A stretch of DNA of 64,000 nucleotides from Callorhinchus milii. Its lineage: Eukaryota. Where the stretch lies: the NCBI RefSeq assembly GCF_018977255.1, contig NW_024704742.1, positions 39,558,001 through 39,622,000 on the forward strand. Direction: 5' to 3'. Each line of letters opens with the position of its first letter. Positions within the stretch are counted from its first letter, which is position 1. The notes below the pieces were generated by a model that was not told the origin of the DNA, did not search any database, and was given only the letters and a program-made list of their open reading frames with translations. This document shows positions 52,566 to 64,000 of this stretch, piece after piece. Both the position numbers and the translations under genes were made by a program.

Positions 52566-52978
52566 GTCCTGCCCTGTAGCATATTGGTTAGAGCACTTGC
52601 CTTGTGAATGTGAGGACCTGGATTCGATTCTCGGGCACGGCGAAACCTTAGGCAAGTTTCCTTACTCCACACACCTCTGTTTACCTAGAAGTAGTTGTTA
52701 AGTACATAAGAAAGTAAGAACCAGCAGGTAGGTAGGTAAGTAGGAACCCGGTTGTTAGTTGATTGGCAGATCGCGTTCTGAGAGTAATATTCCCTTAAAA
52801 AATTTTTAAAAATACAATAATAATTTGGTCACTCAATCCATGACTGTTTGTAGGCATTGGTGTGTGCAATTGGCTGTCCCATTTTGCTGACAAAATATAC
52901 AGTCAATTAACTTTACTGTATATTCTGTCTCAACAATGTTATAAGGCACTGTATCAAATGCAAGGATGATTATTATTA
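52566..52978 (+). mobile_element. tRNA-derived SINE (long variant, internal (GGTA)n)
   Basis: tggttagagcac / ggattcgattc boxes, cctctgtttacctag...gtaggaacccgg insert, caaatgcaaggatgattattatt tail. Confidence 0.85.
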
Positions 52979-53234
52979 CATTTGATGTTACATTTATCAC
53001 TGGTGATATTAACATCATCCACATTTTCTTTCTTGAACACCTGCAACCCCTCAACTTCACTGAATCCGCTGTTGGGAGGGGGTGGAGGGGAGCTTGGAAC
53101 ACAACATTTCAGGGCAAGGTTATAGTAAATGGCTTAACTCAAACTTTGAAAATCATCAGCTGTGATATCAACAGGAGCCGAACTTCCAGTGATGTGAAAA
53201 GATCACTGGATATCACATGTTTTACTTCCATATA

Positions 53235-53554
53235 TAATAATAATACTAATAATCCTTGCATTTGATATAGCGCTTTTCACGTTTTCTCAACATCTCAAAG
53301 CGCTTCACAGAATAGACTGTAAAGTGAATTGACCGTATATTTGTGGACGAAACGTGGCAGCCAATTGCACACAGCAGGGTCCCACAAACAGCCGTGGATT
53401 GAAAATGACCGATTTATTATTGTTTTGTTTTTGGAGGGAATATTATTAGGCGTGTGGAGTAAGGAAACTTGCCCAAGGTTTCGCCCTGCCTGGAATTGAA
53501 CCCAGGTGTCTCGCCTGCAAGGCGAGTACTCTAACCACTGAGCTACAGGACTCC
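53235..53554 (-). mobile_element. Full-length tRNA-derived SINE (short variant)
   Basis: ggagtcctgtagctcagtggttagagtactcgcc head on the minus strand, similar to 36487-36795. Confidence 0.9.
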
Positions 53555-54004
53555 ACATATGTAGAAATGTATGGAAAATTAACAAAACTCTGTGAATAGA
53601 ATATAAATGTTTACATACCTCTTTGTGATTTCATGGTGCTGCATATTTGATTATCAGTCTTTGATGATACTGATGTGAGAAAATCTCTACATTACACAAA
53701 CGTTTAGGTTTAGTACACTCTTCAGGGATTTCATTCTGACATTTTACACATCAGCCTAAACCATTAGGAATTCAAAGAACAGCCACTTCATCTTGCTTAG
53801 TGCCAAGATCAATGTGCATGATATGATAGATTCAGGAACCCAAGAGATGCAAGCCATCACGGCTGCCTTTTCTTTTTAAAAAAAATCTAAAGCTATGTTG
53901 CATCAAATGTCTTCAAAAACACATCACAAGTAATTACAATCAAATGTAGTGTCTATCTTTTGCTGGCAAACACAGTATCCACTTTATACCTGTAAGGTTT
54001 CCAC

Positions 54005-54488
54005 AAACAACAACAACAACAAGATTCCATTTGTAGAGTGCCTTTCATGTCAGGAGGACGTCCCAAGGCGCTGGACAGTTGGGTCAGGACCCGAGCAGGG
54101 GGGAAATGGTCAGGGTGAGGGGAGGGAAGGGAGGAGGGGGTAGAGAGTTGAGAGGGGAGCTGAAGGCACGGTCAAAGAGAAAGGTCTTGAGACCGGCCTT
54201 GAAGGAGGAAAGGGAGGAGGCGGCGAAGGCACTGGGGGATGGAGTTCCAGAGCCTGGGGGCTGAGAGGCTGAAGGTCCGGCCACCGATGGTAGGGCGGAT
54301 GGGGCGGGGGATGTGGAGCAGACCGGAGCCAGAGGAACGGAGGGTACGGGCAGGTAGGTAGGGGGATAGTAGGTCAGAGAGGTAGGAGGGAGCAAGGCCG
54401 TGAATGGCCTTGTAGGTGAGGATGAGGATCTTGAATTCGATCCTCTGGGGGATGGGAAGCCAGTGGAGGCGAGCGAGGGTGGGAGTGA
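54005..54488 (-). mobile_element. 5'-truncated L2 LINE
   Basis: TPTLARLHWLPIPQRIEFKILILTYKAIHGLAPSYLSDLL, very similar to the 13778-14612 copy. Confidence 0.95.
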
Positions 54489-54514
54489 GCGATGAGATGA
54501 GCCATGAGATAAGC

Positions 54515-54585
54515 GACCAGGACATTTCCAGAATGACCAGGACCAGGACATTTCCAGAATGACCAGGACCAGGACATTTCCAGAA
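54515..54585. repeat. 26-bp tandem repeat (~2.7 units)
   Basis: gaccaggacatttccagaatgaccag is repeated exactly, close to the L2 5' truncation point. Confidence 0.9.
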
Positions 54586-56367
54586 CGTCTCAGAATCTAC
54601 CTTTCCAGGGATTCATAATGTGTACAGTATGTGTACAATAAATGTGTACCGACAGAATGTGAACAGTAAAATCTGCACATTGGCATGATATGAGTTGTGG
54701 GCTATAGTTCCCTCTGTACATTGGTTCAACCAACATTGGGGATGAGTCATAGAAACATAAAACATTTCAGCACAGAAAAAGGCTATTTAGGCCATTGTGT
54801 CTGTGCCTCTTTTATATCTATGTCAGGGTGGCTCCGTTGGTAACACTCTCATCTTTGGTCAGAAGGTTATGAATGCTTCTATTTAAGAAAAAACATTTTG
54901 AAGCAGTGATGGGAGGGAGGATATTTTGGAAGAATATAGAATCAAATGGGCCAAAAAGCCTTCTTCATCCGAACCGATTAAGTAATTTTAATCTCATGAT
55001 GTTGTAACAAAGGGAAGTTAATGGTATTCTGTAACCTGCTACATGCGGTAAAAATCATATTGAACAAATGCCATGAATTTCATCCAAATATTTTAAATGT
55101 AGCCTTACTACAAAGTATTAAGCATTTACAATTAACAATACTACTGAGTCAGTATTAGTTCCCATGAACCCACTTTTTTAACCAGGAACAGAATATCGTA
55201 TGTCACTACGGTGATATGGGAGAAGGGTTAAGTGTCCTGAAGATAGATATCAGCCAGTGGCACTTTGCCATCTATCTGTCCTAATCTGTACTGGTTCACA
55301 ATCATTAACTAGGTCACTTGATACATCTGTGGCCTCTCCACAAAGTGTTCTGGAGGCTGCATTATCAGTCAATGGCAATACGCCACCTATTTGTCCCAGT
55401 TCCCTGTCACTAACTGGGGCAGTTAATACATCTGCTCTTCACAAGCTGTGCCACCACTGTAACATACAATAGGCTCAAACATAACCATCCAAATACTGCT
55501 GGAAAGAAATACGGCGAATGTGGGAACACAAACTATAATGTTTGTGAACAAGCACAATTGTACTATTTTCAAGATACTGTGTGGATCTGATATAATTCAG
55601 AAAGGCTACAGAAACAGAACTCTGTATATATTATCCTTAATTTGTACATAAAGTGGTTACTTTTTATTTATTTTATGTCAAAATCATATTTTAATTTGTC
55701 GCTTATAAAATATTTGATCTAAACGGAAGCTGATGGTTAAAAATGTGTAGATTTTCTTTGGTGATGGTTCTCAGTAGGGAGTATGATTCCTCTGCAGGAC
55801 ATTGCAATTTTGTTCAAGAGCAAAATACTCCTGAATGAAATGTATTCTTATTTTACCAGCTATTACAATTGTATTAACTGCTTGTGCAGTGCGCTACAGC
55901 GAAAGGCACACAATATTTCCTCAGGAAAAACAATGTAAATTCTACTTGTAGTAATTCCACATAGAATTGTCAATTTAATTACACATGATCAATTTAATTA
56001 CAGTAGATCGCCACTCAAAAGATTTTAAGGACTCTTTTTAAACTGTGCTTCAGAATACTAGCATCCAACCAAAGGAATCCAATTTTCATTATTTCAAAGC
56101 TTCTAGGTTTCCATTCTCTTGCCCATAGCTCTGACATAGCCCTCTACCCATTGAGCAGGGTTCTATAAGTTGGAAGTGCGGAGCTGTAGCAGCAGTTTCT
56201 TATTCCATGATGTATTAACAAGTGTTCAACAACCCGGACCCCAGATAATGCCTTCCAGTAGCTACCATCTCAAACCTCAGAGTTTTTCTTATCAGTTTAT
56301 TCAACAGTCATCTGTCCTCATCTTGGTGGAAGATGGAACAGCTTGTGAAGTGACAGCCACTTCACCC

Positions 56368-56760
56368 AATCCCGTAATGTAGTGGTTAGCATGCTCGGAT
56401 TGCAAGCGAGAGGTTCCTGGTTCAATTCCTGGGCAGGGCGGTACCTTACTCAACATGTCATATTTTGATATAGAAGATCATCTCACTTGTCTACAAATCC
56501 CATCTAGCAGTAAGTTTGAACCTGGTCTAAGTCGATTAGCAGATCGCTTTCCTGGGGTAATAATCCCTCCAAAATAATAAATAATGATATTTGGTCACTC
56601 AATCCACGACTGTTTATGGGATGCTTCTGTGTGCAATTGGCTGCCACATTTCACCCACAAAATATAGTGAATTCACTTAAAAATGTATTCCATGAAGTGC
56701 TTTGAGACATAATAATATCAAATGCAAGGATTTTTATTATAATAATAATTATTATTATTG
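56368..56760 (+). mobile_element. tRNA-derived SINE (long variant)
   Basis: gtagtggttagcatgctc / ggttcaattcc boxes, agcagtaag...gattagcagatcgc insert, tail caaatgcaagga..tattatt. Confidence 0.8.
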
Positions 56761-57238
56761 ATGGAGTGGTCCAAGCCCAATGCCATGTACCAGGCTTACT
56801 CAGTACCAATGGTATAATCCAGCTTATCATATGAGGGGCTTCAGGAAATAAGTGCCTTCTATGAAGCCATCTACACATCCATAGTTCTGAGCGACAGATT
56901 AGTGTAGATCACACCTCTCCCTCATTACAGCTGCTTTTCCTTTTTACCATATACTGTAGAGAGTTGAGAAAGACCAGAATGCCCTTTACCCTTTCTCAGT
57001 GCAGTCAGCGCAGTCCCAAAGGATAGTGTACAAGTAAAGACTGGTGTATACCACAACCCTCAATCTGTGTTTACAGATGCTATTGACCTTATGTTAATTA
57101 TGATTTATGTACATATGCGCTGTACTGATATTTTGATACGTCAAATGCTTGCAGTAATGCAGAACACATGTTGTAAATTAGCTACAAAATATGCAATTTT
57201 GTTTTAGAGTAGAATTGATTCAATGTCATAAAACTTAC

Positions 57239-57298
57239 ATTGTATTTGTATTGATGACTTCAGGTGAAAGACCGAAGGCGATAGGCCATACCAATGTT
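57239..57298 (-). other. Candidate 60-nt internal exon, gene unidentified
   Basis: Minus strand ttttcctttatcttactctttag|...|gtaagt. Open as (E)HWYGLSPSVFHLKSSIQIQ or (R)TLVWPIAFGLSPEVINTNT. Confidence 0.3.
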
Positions 57299-57700
57299 CT
57301 AAAGAGTAAGATAAAGGAAAAGATAATTAAGAAGTAGTCATTGGTTGATACTGTGATTAAAAACCTGAAGATTGTTGCAGTAAGGAATGAATGCACTTTA
57401 CGTGCTTTGGGACATCCTTTCAACCTAAACAACAATAACAACAACTTGCACTTATGTAGCCCCCTCCATGCAGGGCGGTCAGTGTCTCAGAGCTCTAAAT
57501 AAATGTAAATTGTAGTGTTTTGAAGGAAAATGATAGCTTAATGTTTCAGATGTGACTCTGGCATCGGAACTGGAATTATTAGGCGGAATTATAGCTTCTT
57601 CCTGAATTAATGTCTTTAGTTTTTTTGGTCTGGTCCTGCATAGTCTCCTCAACTGATATGAGGGTTTCTTCACCCAATTGCTTTCTTTCCTAATGTAGGT

Positions 57701-57960
57701 GTCAGGCTGAATCAGTTGATAGCCCTCTCACCTCTGAGTCAGAAGGCTGTGGGTTCAAGCTCCATTGTAAGACCTCCGCCTCCCACATTCTCTCCCACAC
57801 TAAACTCCATAACCCAATCATACCAGTCCTCGCCAGGTTTCACTGGCTCCCTATCACAGAATGAATCAATTTCAAGATCCTCTCACTTGTCTAGAAATCC
57901 CTTCATGCTCCTGTACCTCCCTAGCTTTCTGACCTGTTTTCTCCAATCTTACATTTTAAG
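57701..57960 (+). mobile_element. SINE head joined to a degenerate L2 fragment
   Basis: ctctcacctctgagtcagaaggctgtgggttcaag followed by cactggctccctatc..agaat.aatttcaagatcctc. Confidence 0.65.
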
Positions 57961-58039
57961 ACAGTAGACTCAAGGTTGAGACCATGAGAGATTGTATACA
58001 TTGGAAAAGCATTAATCAACTTTCAAACACTATTCTCTT

Positions 58040-58120
58040 TCATGTTCGGTTTAAACTGCTGCACATTTCCAGCATTTTCTGTTTTTATTTCAGATTTCAA
58101 CCACACAAAATTTTACGTTT
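58040..58120 (+). mobile_element. Penelope-like terminal repeat remnant
   Basis: ctgctgcacatttccagcattttctgtttttatttcagatttc. Confidence 0.55.
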
Positions 58121-58834
58121 TATCTCAAAAGGAGAGGCAATATGTTTTAACTACCTCCAGATTAAACAAACTTAGTATATATAAATTTGAAATATATGCT
58201 TGAGAGGAAGTTATAACTGAATCATGGGGCTTAGCTGATATTTATACTACAAGAGCATCACTCGTATGAATGTATTATGCCATATGGCTCCTTTGATTAG
58301 ATTGCAGCCTTGTTATAAATGATTACATCACTCCTACTGAATCAACGCAAGTGTTTATCAGTGCAAGACATTATTATCAAATGGTTGAGAGGTGTGCGGA
58401 AATTACACTCTCTAAAGGAAACCACATGCAACCTATTTGTGAAGTCGAAATGACACTCAGAGCTAAGCTACCACAGATGCAATGACTGTCTGCACAGATT
58501 TTAAGCACAATGCATGCAATGGCTTCCAAATGCTTATGTTAATAGGGTTATTAATTTCAGTTTTAATTTAACCCTTACCCAAGTTAATTACAATAGCACA
58601 CTTGGAAAAAATTATCTCTGTGTGGAGTTGTTCTTCCAACTGATTTATATGTTGTACAATTGCTTTTCTTTTTGTTGTTCTGCTATCAATTTTATACCCT
58701 CCTCTTCTAAAGGTACTGTTCAAACTGGGGCATAGTGCTCAGGATTGCCCTTCATCCTCTTGCTTAAACACTAGTATTTTAGGTACAACTATGTAGTCTG
58801 CTTTAAAAGCTTATTTCTCCCAATAAGAGAAGAG

Positions 58835-59012
58835 GCCTTGCTCTCTCCCTTGCCTCTGTCTAGGCACATCTCAAGACTCTCTTCTTCAACCGTACCTTCG
58901 GTCACCCTAACTCCCCCTAACCTCCCTGCCCTCCACCTCTCCTGATTCCAGCACCTTGGGATATCTTCCTGACATGAAAGGTGCCATACAAATGTAATTT
59001 ATTGTTGTTGTG
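58835..59012 (+). mobile_element. L2 3' end
   Basis: ctcaagactctcttcttcaaccgtacctt...catgaaaggtgccatacaaatgtaatttattgttgttg. Confidence 0.8.
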
Positions 59013-59083
59013 GTTTATGCATCAGGAGTGGTTGGGGGGGTCGTGGAGAGAGAAATCATAGCTCAAACTGATCTTGTTCTCAC

Positions 59084-59178
59084 CTAACCCCATATAAATG
59101 GATTTTCGAACAGAAATCACTGGATAGGGAACAGAACAAAGGTTAATCGGAACCAAGGTTAATTTTCCTCTCTCTGAC
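59084..59178 (-). other. Candidate 95-nt internal exon, gene unidentified
   Basis: Minus strand tttttagcgcttttag|...ag|gtgaga. A single open frame, SERGKLTLVPINLCSVPYPVISVRKSIYMGL. Confidence 0.25.
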
Positions 59179-61075
59179 CTAAAAGCGCTAAAAACATTTG
59201 CAACTAATAATAAATATTGCAGTTGGTACAGCATCGCAATAAGAACATTGTTGTCGTGTGTAGTGACTGTATCTGCAGACAACACTGCAGACAATTCACA
59301 CACAGCAAACTCCACCGATAACTGTGAAGTAAATGGTCAATTTATGTTAAGGATTGTAAACGCTGGTAAACACATGGCTGTCCCAAATGAGATCAGTCAA
59401 TTCAGACCGGAGCAGTGATCAAATCTGGGATCTTCTGTGTTTGTATCATTCAGGTTTACACAAAGTAATGGCTTTACCAACTGAGATATCAGGGAAGTCT
59501 GCAATCACTTTTCTGAAGCATCACAGTTCTATTGCAATTGAGCCTGTCTCAAAGCAACAATCAGCATGGAGGTAGCTTCCTGCAAATGCTATTATCAACT
59601 TCATAAAATTGCAGAAAATTTACAGCACAGTAGATCATTCATACAATTATGTCTGTGCTGATAGTGGCTCCCTTTGCAGAATTCATTCCAATTTGTTCTG
59701 CAGGCCCTGTGTAGTCAAATTTAACAGAGGCGCAATATAAACAAGGCCACAAAAGCAATATATAAAACAGCTGTCCAATTTGTGAGCCTCCTCTGTGTTT
59801 GTTTGTGTTTGCACATATCTATCAATGTCAACCTCATTCTACCACTTTGCAAACATATATATATATTGCTGACACTATGTTCCTTTCTACATGTCTCTGT
59901 CTGAAACAATCCCATTTCTCTCGGGAATATCATATTAAACAGATATCAAGACCCATATCAGAATATGGGCAGAATATGCATATGAGTGCAAATGGGAAGA
60001 ATTTCACCTTCTGTTTTTGCCTTTTGAAAGATAATCACAGAGATTCAAGTTCTCCGAGTGATCCAGATGGCACAGCAAGGAAACAGAGCATGGAATGACA
60101 CACAATACAACACAAATGAAGGAAACTACAATTAAACGGCAACATGCTACCATAAAGGCTACCATAATAGGCTAACATAAAATAATAATTCATGCATTTG
60201 ATACAGCGCCTTTCATGTTGGGAGGTCATCTCAAAGCGTTTAACAGGATATGCTGTAAAATGTGTACCTTATAGAGAAAGAAAGAGTGTGAGAAAGACAG
60301 ACAGACAGACAGAAAAATAAACAAACAACTTGTGTTTTTATTAAGCTTTATTATGGTGACATTTCTCAAAGCACTTTCTAGGTTCATGTTAAATTTTCAG
60401 ATGTTGGAGGGAACTACAGCATTAGAGCAGGTAACAAAGGTAGTACAGAGAGAACTTGATGGACTGTTGACTAGCAGATGAAGTTCAATACAGATGAATT
60501 CATCATGTTCAGAGACTTGGATTGGAATGGAAGGAAGAGTCAACAATTGGAGAATAGGGTTTAGCATAGGAAGATCACACCACTTGCACGGATCCCTAGA
60601 GTGGTTTCAGCAGCAAACAAGAAAATGCTGCTTGAAACAAATAACAGTTGGCAGAGGAAATCAACAAGTAAGTGCACTGCATTCAGTCAGTAAAAGTGTT
60701 AATTAGATGCTAGGTGAGCTATATATACAGCATAACATTATGCATTTAGATAAATGAGGAGAATGCTTTATTTGATGGATGATGCCTTGTCTTTCTTTCA
60801 GTGGCAGAGCATTTCAAATTGTTATCAGAAACCAGCCTCCTACTGACCCTAATTACATAGGATATGTGGAAGTTTGCCTAGCAATCACAGCCAGCTACAT
60901 CTGACATGACAGACTTGGGTGGGCTAGTGGCATAGCATCAGCTTGATTAAAGGTTTTTGGAAAATGACGGAGTTAAATAGGGCCTGTGGTTCCTTACAAC
61001 TGTCTTGGCTTCATTTTCAGGTCCACTCCTCAGTGCTTCTCCAATGAGATTCCACATGTAAAATAGTAGACGTTC

Positions 61076-61290
61076 ACAACAACAACAAATTGGATTTATA
61101 TAGCGCCCTCCACGCCGGACGGGATCTCAGAGCGCTTTACAATAACGGATCCCAGGGCCAAACCAGGGGGAGGGGGAGGAAGGTGACCAAAGGCACGGTT
61201 GAAAAGAAAGGTCTTTAGCCGAGACCTGAAATAGGAAAAGAGGGGATGAGGCAAAAGGAGTGAGGAAGGGAGTTCTGGAGCCTCGGGGCG
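61076..61290 (-). mobile_element. L2 3' end
   Basis: (ACA)n ttggatttatatagcgccctccacgccggacgg. Confidence 0.9.
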
Positions 61291-61399
61291 TATCTAATAC
61301 ACACATTCAGATTAAAAAGGCGTCTGAAATATTTTGCATCTCTCCCATTCATTTCACGTCACAACCATTTTGAATCTGGTGAGCTTCACTAAAAGCTGT

Positions 61400-61880
61400 A
61401 TGGTTGTTTTAGCAGTACTCGCATTCAAGATCCTGGTTTAAATACCTTCAAAGCCTTGTCGTCCCCTGTCTTTGTGACCTCTGACACGACAACCCTGCCA
61501 CCCTGGTAGGTCCCACTGCTCAGCCTGCTTTGTGTCCCCTGCCTGATCCACGCAAACCATCCGAAAGAGAATTTTCCGTCATTCTGCTACCATGCTCTCA
61601 AACCCCATCCCAGAGTCCTTCCGGCTTGGCCTCTCCCTCCCCACCTTTAAAAACCTACCTTACGCCTTAAGAGGACAAGTTGCAGGGCTATGGGGTGAGA
61701 GCGGATGAGTAGGATTGATTTGGATAGCTCTTTTCAAAGAGCTGACACAGACACGATTGGCTGAATGGCCTCCTTCTGTGCTGTATAATTCTACGATTCT
61801 ATGAAGACCTATCTGTTCAACCGAACTTTCATGGATGTTCTCTAGTACCCCTCTCCCACCTTCCTCAGCTCCCCCACCCA
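61400..61880 (+). mobile_element. Old L2 fragment with a nested CR1 3' end (~61670-61804)
   Basis: ttcaagatcctggttt...ccttcaaagcc (L2) flanks cagggctatggggtgagagcgg...ggctgaatggcctccttctgtgctgtataattctacgattctatga (CR1 terminus). Confidence 0.8.
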
Positions 61881-64000
61881 GAAATGGGAAGTCAGGGATG
61901 CCAATGTGTCCAGATCCACCAAATGAGAGTTTTAATTATATACATATATTATATATATATAGATTCATGAATTAATTTAATTTCTCTTTTTTATATGTTT
62001 AGGTGGTAACAATGCAATGTGGATAGTGAAACATAAACTTCCACTGCTGATTGGACTGCTAATGTGTGTTTAGGTGAGTCAGAATTACACTAAGTGGTAA
62101 TCGAATGCTCCGCTTCACGAACCAAAAGTCCAATGCACATTCTGCTTCACCGGTGCAACTATTACACCAACAACAACTTACATTTGTATAGCACCTTTTA
62201 TGATGGGAGGATATCCCAAAGTTACCACATCCCCCTCTTTCAATTTGGAGTGTTTGGGATGTGGGGAGAAGCCTCCAGCACCACCAGGATGAGTTGATGG
62301 ATTAAGTAAGGTTAAGATTACTAAATTGAATGAAATAATAATTAATACACAGGTAATAACAAATCATAGTAATGCAAAATTGAGCCCAGGGTGGATGCAC
62401 TGGAGCCCTAACCTCAGGCAATATGTCAGCAAAAGCTGACAGAATTGCTACTCACTCTTGAAATACCAGTGAGAGACTTGGTTATGATGCAGCCATACAG
62501 AGAACTGCTTCATGAGGTTCACGAGTGAGGTTGCTGACAAGTTTTAAGGATGGTTTATCCTCACTGTGAGAACTATGTATAATAAATATAAGCTTTGTCC
62601 TTTCAACATCCAAGAAATTGTCATGTAAGAACTCTCAAGACAACTGGTTTCCAGCTCACTCTCTATTTCTTAGTATTTCAACTTATTTGTCTGTTGTTTC
62701 CATCAGGTTTTTTTTTCTCTCTGCACCACAATTATCTTGCTAAATAAATAAATAACTCCCAGCTTAACAGTCAGTTTACCATTAACAGTAGTGAGAAGAT
62801 TCAAGTATCTTTCCTATCGTACGTACATTACGATCAGTCAAAATTAGATACTTCAATACACAGCACTTAGTTCGGATCCATGACTTTGTTTTTCGGTACA
62901 GAAACTAGCACAGATAGGCAACAAAAAAAAGAAATAGAAACATTAGACAAAAGAACCTTAACTCAATTGATCCCAATGGGAATCAGGCCATAACAACTGA
63001 GTACCAGTGGCCCAATCAAACACAGTTTATTCTCTTCAACTGTGGTTTTTGTTATTGTATGAATAAGAATCTACCCAGGCACAGATGTACAAAGGCTCAG
63101 TGGCAGTGATACACAAACACAATGTCAATAGTCAAATGGGGTCCTTTATAACAGATTAATTATACTATTTTTTCTTGGAAAGTAGCAAACAATTCAATTA
63201 AAAAAATGGTTGAGTACATTTCCACAGTTTATTGGCATATCTTAATATTTTCAGTGACTAACACAAACATATTTGCTTGTAGTTCGATGCTTTCAATGAA
63301 ACATTTCATCATTGTTAAACAAAGAAAGGTGGTTGATAATCAAAGTAGAAATAATTTCCACATAAAATAAAAGACAATAGCTCAAAATATCTGTAAAACT
63401 CAGTGTCCTGGAACAATTATGTAAATGTGCAGTAAACTAAATACTGTGTTATTATCACAGCTTTGAGTGATGGAAACCACTAGAGTGGAAAATAATAGTT
63501 AGTCAAGCTCATAATGCAAAATACTAAAAGAGATGAGACATTAAGCTGCTGCACTTGTTATTGCTTCAGCTTTGAAACAATTAGTGAGTTGTTTGCATGG
63601 CAGATCTGCTTGAAGCAGGTAAGCAAGCAGATTCAGTTCATTGCTACAATTTGTATAGCACACATGTCTAACTCCTTGAACTTTAATGAACTGCAGCAGT
63701 GACTCCACAACTTCAGAGGGCCTTGAAGCAGAATCTATTGGTTAGTTAAAAACTTCATTGTAAGATCCAATATATTATGCTCCTTCCCTAGTTAATGGTA
63801 CAGATATTGCACAGATGCCATTTGTAGGTATTTGAAATGTTCGGATCTCATTTGAACACCACTCAGGTGTGTCATGCTATGAAAAAATAAGCTCTGTAAG
63901 TGGTATTAATGATGTCCCAGTGCAATGTGAGGCAAACATTCTTTTTTGCCCTGGTTGCTGTTTTTTTTAAAAAAAATTAATTGTATAATTTATAATTAAA

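Noticed and set aside
54515..54585. CRISPR-like repeat
   Set aside because: Head-to-tail tandem units with no unique spacers, in vertebrate DNA with no cas genes.
62459..62574. Minus-strand exon upstream of the 59.1-kb candidate
   Set aside because: Good donor, but there are stops from the plausible acceptors and the only open frame is phase-incompatible.

Overview
Eukaryotic, AT-rich, repeat-dense vertebrate DNA that looks intronic or intergenic. The repeat inventory points by inference to a cartilaginous fish, probably a holocephalan (chimaera/elephant-shark type). It comprises many 5'-truncated L2 LINEs with (GTT)n tails, CR1 LINE fragments, tRNA-headed SINEs with (ATT)n tails, older Deu-domain SINEs and palindromic Penelope-like remnants. 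I recognise no host protein-coding gene. The long ORFs are LINE ORF2 remnants or microsatellite read-through, and only a few unassigned splice-site-bounded segments are weak exon candidates. The most notable structure is a set of local templated copies. In two near-identical cases (571-891 to 4200-4520; 41487-41856 to 15575-15947), a repeat end plus its unique flank was pasted into a different copy of the same repeat family. In a third, a Penelope-like hairpin loop is an inverted copy of nearby DNA. The window also holds a poly(A)-tailed, CCHC-bearing LINE that is neither L2 nor CR1 (two copies), and TTAGGG units at an L2 deletion junction. Identities were estimated by eye and boundaries of old repeats are approximate.
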